A DNA stretch of 64,000 bases, from assembly GCA_963842085.1 (NCBI GenBank), contig CAWJET010000002.1, forward strand, positions 1,504,001 through 1,568,000. The letters are read 5' to 3'. The translations under genes and the position numbers were made by a program. The notes below the pieces were generated by a model. That model worked only from the letters and a program-made list of their open reading frames with translations, was not told the origin of the DNA and ran no database searches. Position 1 is the stretch's first letter. Each line of letters starts with the position of its first letter. This DNA comes from an uncultured delta proteobacterium. Its GTDB lineage: Bacteria > Desulfobacterota > Binatia > Binatales > Binataceae. Below, piece by piece: positions 32,273 through 42,108 of the stretch.

Positions 32273-33046
32273 TCACTTCCGAGGCTTGCGGAAGTCCGGC
32301 TTGCGCCGCTCCAAGAAAGCGTTGCGGCCTTCCATCGCTTCATCGGTGCCGTAGTAGAGTGCCAGCGCGGTGCCCCCCAGGGCACCGATTCCCTTGATAT
32401 GGTCGGTCTCCGCCGCAAACGAGGCTTTTGCGATCTTGATCGCGGTGGGGCTCATCGCGAGAATCTCGCGCGCCCACGCCCGGGCTTCGTCCATCAGCTG
32501 CGCGGCCGGAACGACCTTGTTGACTAGTCTCATCTCAAGCGCCTCCTGCGCGGAGTACTGACGGCACAGGTACCAAATCTCACGCGCCTTTTTTTCACCC
32601 ACCACGCGCGTCAGATAGGCGGTTCCGAAGCCCGGGTCGACGCTGCCCACTCGCGGGCCGACCTGTCCGAACTTGGCCGTCTCGGCGGCGATCGTCAGAT
32701 CGCAGATCACGTGAAGCACGTGTCCGCCGCCGATCGCATATCCGTTGACCGCCGCTATCACGGGTTTGGGAATGTCCCGGATGATCGAGTGCAATTCATC
32801 GACGTTCATCCCGCCCTGGTAGCCTCCCTTGCTCCGCGCCGACTGGTCGCCACCGGAACAAAAGGCGCGCTCTCCGGCTCCGGTAAGGATGACGGCACCG
32901 ACGGAGCGGTCGTGGGCCGCATCCCTGAAGGCTTCAACCATTTCCCTCACGGTCTCGCCTCGAAATGCGTTCATCACCTCGGGTCGGTTGATCGTGATCG
33001 TGGCTATGCCATCCCGCTTCTCATAGATGATATCGGTGAAATCCAT
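32273..33046 (-). CDS. BadI/MenB-like crotonase (2-ketocyclohexanecarboxyl-CoA hydrolase or DHNA-CoA synthase)
   Basis: [43 protein letters not shown]. Confidence 0.85.
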   Translation of the reverse strand: MDFTDIIYEKRDGIATITINRPEVMNAFRGETVREMVEAFRDAAHDRSVGAVILTGAGERAFCSGGDQSARSKGGYQGGMNVDELHSIIRDIPKPVIAAVNGYAIGGGHVLHVICDLTIAAETAKFGQVGPRVGSVDPGFGTAYLTRVVGEKKAREIWYLCRQYSAQEALEMRLVNKVVPAAQLMDEARAWAREILAMSPTAIKIAKASFAAETDHIKGIGALGGTALALYYGTDEAMEGRNAFLERRKPDFRKPRK

Positions 33047-33216
33047 CGTTCTCTCCCTGCGTGATCTCGTGAGATCGTCGTCAGTCCCGAGACCGGTTAT
33101 GATAGCATCGTTGCAACCGAACCCAACGCCGCATTGCGCAAGAAGAGGAACGCCATGATCAACATCTGTCGCGCAGCGATGATATCGCGCCGAAGGGCCG
33201 AATGCGTGGCGGCGCT

Positions 33217-34044
33217 CTATGGCCGCGCGCCGGTTCCCCAGCCGATCGCGTTGCGCAACAGCATCTCGAACTCCGCGGTCTCCCATGAACCGCGGAACAC
33301 CTGGGGAGTTTTGCCGGAAGGCTCTACGCTCGAATCCACAAACGGCTGGACGTTACTTATCGGCGAATGGCAGTGGCCCAGCGCGACATAGGTAACCGCG
33401 CCGGCGCCGACCTCGCGGGTGTAGCCGAGCACGCGCGTCTTGCCATCGGGCATGACCGAGCTGTCTCTGTCGTAAACGAAACCGAATCCTCTGGGCGAGG
33501 GGTCGGTAGCGAGTTCGGTCGTGAGCAGCGTCTGGCACGCCGCCGGGTCCTCAAGCTCGATTAGATAGAGCTCGTCCATCACGTCGAAGGACGCCGGCAG
33601 TCCTCTGGTGATGAAGTGCGCGCGATCCGCGACCTCGACCCGGAACTTGCGCAGCGGCGGATGATTCAGAAAAAAACAGCCGAGCGTTTCGTGATAGCGG
33701 CCCTTGACCATTTTCCGGATGTAGCGCTGGTCGCCGACCGGCACCGCTTTTCCGCCGCTGGTCCCGTGCAGCGCAAGCCATCGCCCGCCCGACTTGAGGA
33801 AGTGGCGAATAACCTCATCCTGCTCGTCATTCGGAAACGGGCCGGCGACATAGGTGATTAAAAAATGGCTGCCGGGCAGCCACTTTGCGACGTCGGCAAA
33901 ATCGTTGCCGCTAGTCGTGAGCACCTGCGAATTCTCTTGCAGCAAGCCGAGCAGGCGCAGCCGCGCGTAATCCATGTCATGGCCGGCGAACGAACCGGGA
34001 GGAAATCCCCCGGTGATAAGATGGACTCGAATCGGTTTTGGCAT
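33217..34044 (-). CDS. ThuA-like domain protein
   Basis: [25 protein letters not shown]. Confidence 0.8.
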   Translation of the reverse strand: MPKPIRVHLITGGFPPGSFAGHDMDYARLRLLGLLQENSQVLTTSGNDFADVAKWLPGSHFLITYVAGPFPNDEQDEVIRHFLKSGGRWLALHGTSGGKAVPVGDQRYIRKMVKGRYHETLGCFFLNHPPLRKFRVEVADRAHFITRGLPASFDVMDELYLIELEDPAACQTLLTTELATDPSPRGFGFVYDRDSSVMPDGKTRVLGYTREVGAGAVTYVALGHCHSPISNVQPFVDSSVEPSGKTPQVFRGSWETAEFEMLLRNAIGWGTGARP

Positions 34045-34121
34045 CTTGCGCTCCGTGGTCTAGCGAAGAGACTCAGGTGTTTCTCGCAATTGAGTCTTCA
34101 GTAGGAACACCGTCAAGAAAC

Positions 34122-34564
34122 CTAAGTTCCAAACCAGCGACGATTCCGCCAGAAGTAGGGAATCAGAATCGCCGGCGAAGCAAACGAGCTCAGGTTGATA
34201 AGCATCTCCAAAATCATACCGGCGTCGAGGGACGCGTACTTGCCGTGTTCCAGATTGTGAGCGTGTCCATGCAACCAAGGTAGACCGAGGCGCCGCTCGC
34301 AACTAACGCCCACAAGACGGCCTGCGGGCGTCGGCGCGTGCAATTGATCGCACACCAGGCCGATGCGAACGCCAGCCATGCATCGGCTGCCGGGAACGCG
34401 CGCTCAAAATCGAGGTAGGCGGCGTCGCTGCTCGTCTGCACGACGCCCGTCGTGAAGAAGAGGACCCAGTAAGCAGCGCTCCACGCGACGGTGAGCCAGA
34501 GCCACGCGATCACCGCGGTCAGCCCGGCGGGCGCCTTTTCCCCTGTGGTTGCTAAAAATTCCAA
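34122..34564 (-). pseudogene. Small multi-TM membrane protein, frameshifted
   Basis: YLDFERAFPAADAW..LGCMDTL continues in another frame as NLEHGKY..; one base missing near 34259. Confidence 0.6.
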
Positions 34565-34656
34565 TGCGTCGAAAAGTCTGGAGTTTCTGGATTCACCGAC
34601 GCAATATCGCCGGCATGCCTATGCGCGTGCGTTCGATTCTTCTTGCGCCATCCGAT

Positions 34657-35886
34657 TCATCCGCTCGTGCCCCGGCGTTCCGGCGCGGCGTCCGCCAGCG
34701 ATGAGAGCCTGCGGGCGTAGCGGCCGATACCCACGTTCGCACTCAGCCCGTGAGCAAAAATACTGAGCAGTACGGTTACCATCAGTGCGAGCCGTATGGT
34801 TGGCTCGCCCGGTAAACTCAGTTCCTGCTTTAGGTAGACAAGCCCGAGAACAATCGAGGCCAGCCCGCGCGGCCCAAACCAACCGATAAAGAACACGCTG
34901 GCCGGAGTGAGACCTGTACCGAACAACGCAATCGCCACCGGCAGCATGCGCACCACCGTCAGGCTCAATAGGGCATACAACCAGAACGTCAGGTCGAACT
35001 GTGGCGAATTTCGCACGACAAATAAGCCAAAGAGGAAGAATACGGCTAGATTTACTAACTCCCCCCATTGTTTGCCGAACTCGACGCTCTGCGGAGCGAC
35101 ATCCTTGAGTCCGACTTGTACTGCAAGCCCGGCAACAAAAGACGCGATAAACATACTCGCGTCAAGCATTTCGCAAACCGCCAGGCACAGCAGCGGCAGC
35201 GCCACTACACCGATTTGCTGGAATGATTCCGCGACCCATTCCTTGCTACGGGCGAGACTCATCAACCAGCCACCGCCTAGGCCGATGACTAGGCCAACCA
35301 GCGCACCGACGCCGAGTTGTTCGACGATGAATTGTGTCAGGGCCATCGGGCCGCCTTCGATTTTCGCCGCCGCAATGGCCATGAAGAACAGGAGAAACGG
35401 GACGGAAAGTCCGTCGTTCAGACCAGCTTCCACATTGAGCGCCTCGCGTATTCGGACAGGCACGCGCGGGCTGTTCACAATGACCTGTCCCAGGCCAGCA
35501 TCGGTCGGTGCGAGCACAGAGGCCAGGATGCCAGCTTCCCAGATGGAGAGCTTGGGAAAAACCAGCAGCGCCGCAAGCGTGCCAAACGCAATGGTCAACA
35601 ACATGCCAATACTCAACAAGCGAAAGGGCAGGTTTCCGACGCTCCGTAAGATTGCCAGTTTAGTTTGACTGGCATCCGTGAAAAGCAGCAAAACCAGACC
35701 GACTTCGGCCAGACCCAGAAAGACACTCGCATTGAATCCGGCTTTCAGGATCGACGGTAGGGCAGACGACATCAGCATCCCCGCGACCGTGAAGACAACC
35801 GGTGCGGTGAGAATCGTCCGCTCGAGACGCCTCGATACCAGACTGAAGAAGAAAAAGAGCGAGACGAAAATGGCGAGAAGGACCAT
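34657..35886 (-). CDS. Cation:proton antiporter (CPA1/NhaP-like)
   Basis: LAPTDAGL, LNVEAGLNDG, WFGPRGLAS; many TM helices. Confidence 0.92.
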   Translation of the reverse strand: MVLLAIFVSLFFFFSLVSRRLERTILTAPVVFTVAGMLMSSALPSILKAGFNASVFLGLAEVGLVLLLFTDASQTKLAILRSVGNLPFRLLSIGMLLTIAFGTLAALLVFPKLSIWEAGILASVLAPTDAGLGQVIVNSPRVPVRIREALNVEAGLNDGLSVPFLLFFMAIAAAKIEGGPMALTQFIVEQLGVGALVGLVIGLGGGWLMSLARSKEWVAESFQQIGVVALPLLCLAVCEMLDASMFIASFVAGLAVQVGLKDVAPQSVEFGKQWGELVNLAVFFLFGLFVVRNSPQFDLTFWLYALLSLTVVRMLPVAIALFGTGLTPASVFFIGWFGPRGLASIVLGLVYLKQELSLPGEPTIRLALMVTVLLSIFAHGLSANVGIGRYARRLSSLADAAPERRGTSG

Positions 35887-36027
35887 CAGAGTCTGTGACG
35901 GCTCACAGTGTCATCAAAACCAAGGAGCTTGCAAACGCGCAGTTGAGCCCGGTTTTGCAACTGACGGCCGCCTGGTTTGGCGCGAATTTGACGTTTCCGC
36001 TCCGCGGTGAAGTCGAACGGAAATCGC

Positions 36028-36879
36028 TCAGCGTAAGAGCACCAGGCTGAGCAGTCCGACGAGAAAGCAATAGACGGCGAACGGCGCAAGGGTCCTGGTC
36101 TTGAAGTATCTGGTCAGAAATTTGACCGAAACATAGGCGGTGACTCCCGCGCAAGCCGCGCCAGTCAGCGCGGTACCGATCGCCGCGCTGCCGGAAGCGA
36201 ACAGCACCGGCAACTTCAGCGCAGCGGCCGCGCCGATTATCGGGGTCGCCAGCAGGAAGGAGAATCGCAGCGCATCCTCATGAGCGAGACCTACCATCAG
36301 GCCACCCGCGATCGTTGATCCCGTACGTGAAAATCCGGGGAGCAATGCAAATATCTGCATCAAGCCTATTTTGACCGATTGCCACCACGAAAGCTCGGCG
36401 GCGATACGCTGGTCGGCGTCGGCGAGGTTGCCGCCGCTTTTCGCTTGCCTCCTGAGGAACTCCGACAGGTAGAGCATCCCGCCGTTGAGTGCGAGAAAGC
36501 ACGCGACATCGAACGGCGAAGTTAAGAGCTTTTCCACCTGCTTTTGAAACAACAGACCGATCAGTCCGGCAGGGACCGTGCCGACGATCAGCAGCCATCC
36601 CAGTTGCGCGTCTGTGTCCGCCTTGACGCTTCGCGTCCAGATCGATCGCAGGATGCCGGAGATGATGCGGACCCAATCTCTCCAGTAGAAGCAGAACAGT
36701 ACTATGGCGGTCGCGAAGTGAGTGGCAACAAGAAAGGTCAAGAAGTAGTCGGCGTCGCGGTCGATGGTCCAACCCAAAAGCGCGGGTAAGATGATGCTGT
36801 GGCCGAGGCTGGAAATGGGAAATAGTTCCGAAATCCCCTGCAGGAGGCCCAAAATTACCGCTTGAAGATACGAGATCAT
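36028..36879 (-). CDS. uppP: Undecaprenyl-diphosphate phosphatase
   Basis: QGISELFPISSLGH, ALLPGFSRTGST, FSFLLATP. Confidence 0.93.
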   Translation of the reverse strand: MISYLQAVILGLLQGISELFPISSLGHSIILPALLGWTIDRDADYFLTFLVATHFATAIVLFCFYWRDWVRIISGILRSIWTRSVKADTDAQLGWLLIVGTVPAGLIGLLFQKQVEKLLTSPFDVACFLALNGGMLYLSEFLRRQAKSGGNLADADQRIAAELSWWQSVKIGLMQIFALLPGFSRTGSTIAGGLMVGLAHEDALRFSFLLATPIIGAAAALKLPVLFASGSAAIGTALTGAACAGVTAYVSVKFLTRYFKTRTLAPFAVYCFLVGLLSLVLLR

Positions 36880-37254
36880 GCGCCCGTGGCTGTCCAGAGC
36901 GCTTTAGCCCGGGATTTCCTCGGATTCCAACTCCCGTATAAGCCGGACGCCCTCCCTGTACAAGTTCCAGGCCGGTCCGGTTTTGTTCCACGGCCTTTCC
37001 AGCGCTGACGGGAGGGGGGAGTTCCGCGTCTGGCGGGCACACGACGATTAAGAGGCGGACCTTCACCGCCCCAGGCCATTGATCCCGGCTGAGAGACTGG
37101 AGCGGGTAGCATCCTGACCTTTCTGAGGTTTCTGACCTTCCATGGGGAGCAGCCATGCGCTCGCTGCTGCCCTTTCGCTTCAAATGACATCGAGCTACAT
37201 ACTGAGCATCGTACGAACCTGTCGGGCAGAGCGTACCGCACGGGCACCGAAGCC

Positions 37255-37872
37255 ATGTTTCCTGCGAGCGTCCGCGCTACGCCAGAGGAGCGCAAACGAT
37301 CCCTCCCTGCCGATCTTTTGATCCCTGATCCAGCCGCCATCGTCATGCACGCTGTCACGATCGCCGCGTCGCCGGAGCGCGTTTGGCCATGGCTGGTGCA
37401 GATGGGCTCAGGACGCGCTGGTTGGTATAGCTACGACTGGGTAGACAATGGCGGCCATCCAAGCGCAACCGAGATCATTCTTGCCCTTCAGCACATCGCG
37501 CCGGGCGACGTACTGCCGTCACTGCCGGGAGTAAGAGACTCGTTCATCGTCGGTGCCGCGCAGCCGGAGCGTGATCTCATTCTGACCGTACCCGCTGCCA
37601 GCGGAGGCCTTCTGGTGAGTTGGGAGTTTTTCCTCGAACCGCTCGCTCAACGCCGGACACGCCTGCTCGTGCGCGGACGCGTCAGCTCGCAATGGCCAGT
37701 GGGTGGAGCTGGAAACCCGTCTGCCTCGCCGCGCCCTATCGAACGCGTCTATGCGTTGCTCGCAAGGTTTCCGCGCTGGTTGATGGGACCCGTCGCGCTC
37801 TTCGGCCACGGTATTATGCAGGCGCGGCAGCTCCGGGGAATCAAGCGTCGTGCGGAAGGGACCAGACTCTAG
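37255..37872 (+). CDS. SRPBCC-like hypothetical protein
   Basis: VTIAASPERVWPWLVQMGSGRAGWYSYDW..QLRGIKRRAE. Confidence 0.75.
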   Translation: MFPASVRATPEERKRSLPADLLIPDPAAIVMHAVTIAASPERVWPWLVQMGSGRAGWYSYDWVDNGGHPSATEIILALQHIAPGDVLPSLPGVRDSFIVGAAQPERDLILTVPAASGGLLVSWEFFLEPLAQRRTRLLVRGRVSSQWPVGGAGNPSASPRPIERVYALLARFPRWLMGPVALFGHGIMQARQLRGIKRRAEGTRL

Positions 37873-38070
37873 AGGCAGCGCGATTCGGAAGTCTTTATGC
37901 CGTATGCGTGACCAATTGGCAGGGCTTCCGAGATGATTGAGGGCGGGCCAAACAGCGTAATCACGTCGGCAGGCATTGACTCCACGTGGTCCATGGGACT
38001 CGCCAGCCCCTCCTCACGCTGCCGCCAACCTTCGGATTCCAGTTCAAGGTAGATCGCAACGACCCGGAGA

Positions 38071-39075
38071 TTACCGGCCGTAGGATTCCGGCAGCCCTTG
38101 GCGGATACGGGCGGAAAAATCGGGTGAATCGTCCGCGGCTTTTGCTCTTTCCGTGATGTCGCTGCGTGCTCGAAGATCTGCGAAGGGCAGGTCTGTGTTA
38201 ATCTGACCCCGTTCGTAAAGGAGTTGATCGACGTGGCCGTTGGCGAGCAGCCTCCAGTCCAGGCGTCCACCAGCGCCTGCGTTTTGTGCGTGTCCGCGGA
38301 TCGTAGTCGTGCAATTCTGCGTCAAGGCATTGTACCATCGCGGATGGTCGGCGAGCCGGTTAACTTCGTTCAGATAGTCAACCAGCAGAGCCCGTGCCTG
38401 TGAGGCGGGAAAGCGGATGCGATACAGATATACCTGTTCGCCGCGGTAGTTTGTTCGCAATCCGACGAGATCACGCTCGTCTGCGACGACGTAGTAAAGT
38501 TCGTACTGGCGGAAAAAGCCGCGAAGAGCCGAGTACGATTCGCCCTTCTGCTTGCGTGTCTCGATCGAGATCGCGAGGTGTTGACCATCGTCGAACTCCC
38601 AACTGGCGATCGTGTGCGCGATATGGGTCGGCCCCCAAAACGACAGGAACAGGTCGACGCCGTGTACCCGGTCGAGATCGTAAGTCCGGCTCTCCCAATT
38701 TTGATCGTAGTCGGATTCGGATCGGTACTTAAAGTTCCTCACGTTCTGGATGGTCACCGCCGACCCGTGAAAAGCTGCGCGCGCCGTGCGAGCGACATCG
38801 GGGGACCAATTGCGAGCGTTGCTCGGCGGAATCGACGTCCACCAGAGAACGACGGCAACCATCGGCAACAGCGCAATTAGGAGTCCTCTCAAAAACGGCC
38901 GAACGAGTGACGCCAAAAGGATGCTGATCAACGCAAGTCCTCCGGTCATCGTCCCCGCAAGCACGCGCGACTCGGGTCCATCGAACCACAGCGCCATCGC
39001 GCCCCAAGCGACAGCGGCGACGACGACCGCCGACAACGCAAGCGTTGCGACTAAGCGGACCGTGCGTCGGACCAT
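38071..39075 (-). CDS. DUF4105 / Lnb N-terminal domain membrane protein
   Basis: Three N-terminal TMs; IAHTIASW, ISIETR, YNALTQNCTT. Confidence 0.85.
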   Translation of the reverse strand: MVRRTVRLVATLALSAVVVAAVAWGAMALWFDGPESRVLAGTMTGGLALISILLASLVRPFLRGLLIALLPMVAVVLWWTSIPPSNARNWSPDVARTARAAFHGSAVTIQNVRNFKYRSESDYDQNWESRTYDLDRVHGVDLFLSFWGPTHIAHTIASWEFDDGQHLAISIETRKQKGESYSALRGFFRQYELYYVVADERDLVGLRTNYRGEQVYLYRIRFPASQARALLVDYLNEVNRLADHPRWYNALTQNCTTTIRGHAQNAGAGGRLDWRLLANGHVDQLLYERGQINTDLPFADLRARSDITERAKAADDSPDFSARIRQGLPESYGR

Positions 39076-40964
39076 CAATGAATTCCTGCGTGCTCGTACA
39101 GGATGCGGCGGACTTCCTCGATCGTCTGGGGTGTCGCCTGCGTCGAGTGCCCCGAACGCACGACCAGCTCCGATTCGACACCATCAATGTGCGCGCTCTT
39201 GTACTCGACGACGCCGTCGTTGCCCTCCTCGACCGGCCCATCGCCCTTCACCGGAATGATCGAGTGCGCGTGCACACCGGGTGCGATCGGCAACGACGAG
39301 AGCGCCTTGATGAACCGGTTGGAGGCATCCATGTTGTCTAGCGCGGTCGGGATCGTGAACGGAGTTCCCATCATGCTGGGCTCGCGAAGGTTCCCAATCG
39401 CAATCGCAGACTTGGCAAGACCGCCCGGCAGGTTGATGAATTTGTTTCCGAACTTAACTATCGGATTGCTGGCCATGTAACTGCCACGATGCGGCGTGGC
39501 GATGAAGATCACCCGCGTGACGTACGGCTGCGGTTTGAAGAACATCGCGCGCGAGGCCAGCTCGCGCGTCTCGGGATCGAGTTGCGCCTGGTCAAACGGG
39601 GTGGACGTGACGTTGTTCCAGAAGCGGTTGCCGCTATCGACGACCATCATTTTCGTCAAGAGCCCGCCCTGGCTGTGGCCGATCACCACCATCTGATTGA
39701 GCGCGGGGTCCCTGCCCTCAGGATCGACGGCCTTGCGCACAGCCTGGAGAGATTCCCGCAAACGCATCGCCGACAACACGATCGGATTGCCGCTGTTGTA
39801 CATGAAGAACCAAAGCTGATAGCGCGAGGCGATCTTCGGATCGCCGAGCAGCTCGTTCGCCATCTCGGCCCATCGCGCGGGGCTTGACGCCGTACCATGA
39901 ACGAACACCACCGGAATCATGTTCGCGTGGTATGGATGCAACATGTAGAGCCCGTTGCTGTCGCCGTTGCCCGCGCCTAGAAACGAAAAGTCTCCCTTGC
40001 GAAAACCTGCGATCTCGAAATCCCAAATCGGCGCACCTTCCAGCCGATAGGCAAGCGCAGCGCTGGGGTCCGACTCGAGGGGCACGGACTGCATGCCTAC
40101 CTGTACACTACTCGTGCGGTCCTCATCGTAGAGTTCCACGGTGCCGTGCAGACGCCCGGTGCTCATCGCGAGGCGTGGATCGTCGAAGCGCACAAACGCG
40201 GTGATCGGCACTTTCGCTGTGGGCGGTATCCAGGGGCTCGCGGGGCTGCCCGGCGACGGCTCGACCTTCGCCGACAGCGCGGCACCGATACCAGGTCTGC
40301 GGTAGGTGTTCCGCAGCCCGCGAACCTCCAGGTCCGAGAGCGATACGAATTTCGTCAGGTGATTTCCGCCGTAGTTGAGTCCCTCGGGCTCGACGCTCAA
40401 ATTGAGCGACCCAAAGGGCAAGCTCAGTTGACGCTCGCTAAGGTCGACTTCCTTTCCGTCTTTGGTCGCAAGTCCCAGCGCGATGCCACGATTGTAGAGG
40501 TCAACCGCGAGCCGCAAGCGCGGATCGTAGGGGCCGGGCGCATCGGCCGGGGTCAGCGGAAACAGAAAAGCGTACGCGTAGGCGGCGGACGCAAGATAGT
40601 AGGATTGATTCCCGGAGTCTTCGGCATATGCAAACGAGAGCTCGGACAGCGCGAACAGGCGGTCGCGTTCGTCAGGTTTACCAAGTCCTGAATTCAACTC
40701 GGCAAGGACTGTTTGCGGATCGCCTTCGAAGCGGTCGCTAAGTGCGGTCCGCTCCAGCAGCTGCGTCGAGTAGTCGCTTGGCTTGCCGGTAGAGAGAATG
40801 TTCGTGTTGAGCTCGCGATGGGCTGCTTGCTCGTCGAGTCGCGTGACTCCCACAGGAGTCGCACAGCCGCTCGCAAAGAGGGCGATGATCGCAAGAGCGG
40901 CTGTCCAGCCTGTAGGGACCAATCGACGTTGAAAAGACAAACTATTTTCCCACTTCCTGCCCAA
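39075..40964 (-). CDS. Alpha/beta-hydrolase (lipase/esterase) lipoprotein
   Basis: Lipobox FASGC, FVHGTASS, GHSQGG, IATPHRGS, DGVV, SGHS. Confidence 0.87.
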   Translation of the reverse strand: MGRKWENSLSFQRRLVPTGWTAALAIIALFASGCATPVGVTRLDEQAAHRELNTNILSTGKPSDYSTQLLERTALSDRFEGDPQTVLAELNSGLGKPDERDRLFALSELSFAYAEDSGNQSYYLASAAYAYAFLFPLTPADAPGPYDPRLRLAVDLYNRGIALGLATKDGKEVDLSERQLSLPFGSLNLSVEPEGLNYGGNHLTKFVSLSDLEVRGLRNTYRRPGIGAALSAKVEPSPGSPASPWIPPTAKVPITAFVRFDDPRLAMSTGRLHGTVELYDEDRTSSVQVGMQSVPLESDPSAALAYRLEGAPIWDFEIAGFRKGDFSFLGAGNGDSNGLYMLHPYHANMIPVVFVHGTASSPARWAEMANELLGDPKIASRYQLWFFMYNSGNPIVLSAMRLRESLQAVRKAVDPEGRDPALNQMVVIGHSQGGLLTKMMVVDSGNRFWNNVTSTPFDQAQLDPETRELASRAMFFKPQPYVTRVIFIATPHRGSYMASNPIVKFGNKFINLPGGLAKSAIAIGNLREPSMMGTPFTIPTALDNMDASNRFIKALSSLPIAPGVHAHSIIPVKGDGPVEEGNDGVVEYKSAHIDGVESELVVRSGHSTQATPQTIEEVRRILYEHAGIH

Positions 40965-41200
40965 GTCTCGTTGCGATTGTATTCGGCTATTTGGCTGGCA
41001 AGCTTGGCAGTATCGGGCCCATGTGAATAGCTGTCAATCCTTCGCAGCCTTATCCATCATGAGTTCCTGCTTGGCCTGGTCGACTTTGTCCTTGATCTCA
41101 GGTCCTATGGGTTTCAGATCGATAGTCACGCGATGGCGGTCGAACCGTGCGATCCGGTAAACCCCGGTGGTCCGTCCTTGTCTGACGTCGACGCTGCTTG

Positions 41201-41470
41201 CTATTCGCGGAGCTCGGCGAGCAGCGCCTTGGCGTCCTTCAGGTCGGCGGTGTCGAAGCCCCTCGATGAACCAGTCGTAGATCTCGGCGAGCATCGCACG
41301 CGTTTCGTCGCGATGCCCTTGCTTGACCAGCAGGGGCGCGCTGGTCGTCGCATGAAGGTTCCCAGGACTTCGCGAGCGCTGTTTGCGCGAAATTTCACGC
41401 AGTGCGCGCAGACAGCGCCGGCGATCACGCCGGCGCTGTCCTTGCTCGATTTGCCGCGGAGCCATACGCG
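41201..41470 (-). pseudogene. Scar of AAA/TPR adenylate-cyclase-type C-terminus (copy 1)
   Basis: [22 protein letters not shown], frameshift, FDTADLKDAKALLAELRE*. Confidence 0.75.
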
Positions 41471-41490
41471 GCGTAAGAACGCGTTCCTGA

Positions 41491-41811
41491 TTAGTTGACC
41501 GGCTGCTCCACGTACATCGCGGAGCTGACCAGATCGGCGGCCGGTTCACGGTCGCCCTCAAGTTCCGCCAAAAACGCACGCCATTCGGGATCGGTCTCGA
41601 GTTTTGCGGCGTACTCTCCGAAGGTCTTGTAATTGGCGGTTTCGATTCCGATCGCGATCGTCCCTGGCTCACCGCCAGTGGCGGTGTTCCATTGTCGGAC
41701 CTTTCCGCCGTCACGGTTTACGATCTTGGAGCCGCGGGCCACGTTTTTCATGAAGCTCTGAAGCTTTCCGGGGCGCGGGCGATAGACGAACACTTGTAGA
41801 ATTGTCGACAT
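41491..41811 (-). CDS. Small dimeric alpha-beta barrel (NIPSNAP-like) protein
   Basis: 106 aa; YRPRPGKLQSF..DPEWRAF; GGGAG RBS. Confidence 0.7.
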   Translation of the reverse strand: MSTILQVFVYRPRPGKLQSFMKNVARGSKIVNRDGGKVRQWNTATGGEPGTIAIGIETANYKTFGEYAAKLETDPEWRAFLAELEGDREPAADLVSSAMYVEQPVN

Positions 41812-42108
41812 GGCACAATCTCCCGCCTCAAGCCATTGCAGCTTGAAGCAATGTAAATAGCTGATGTGGTTGGTCTAGCTGAGAGGAGCTGAAGGGCGCA
41901 CTAGGCTCAAGTCGGACTGGATCCGTATATCGATCCCGACGCTATGACCTTCTGCTCAATCGGCGCCAAAGTCAAGTCATAAGAATCCGATGTAGCCGCG
42001 TCAAGCGAGCGCCGAGCGTCGTGCAATGGAGCGCGGCACCGACACCAATCAGGCGAGCAATCTCGCAAGATCGGTGACGAAGTAGCCCGCGTATCTAAGC
42101 TCTCACGC

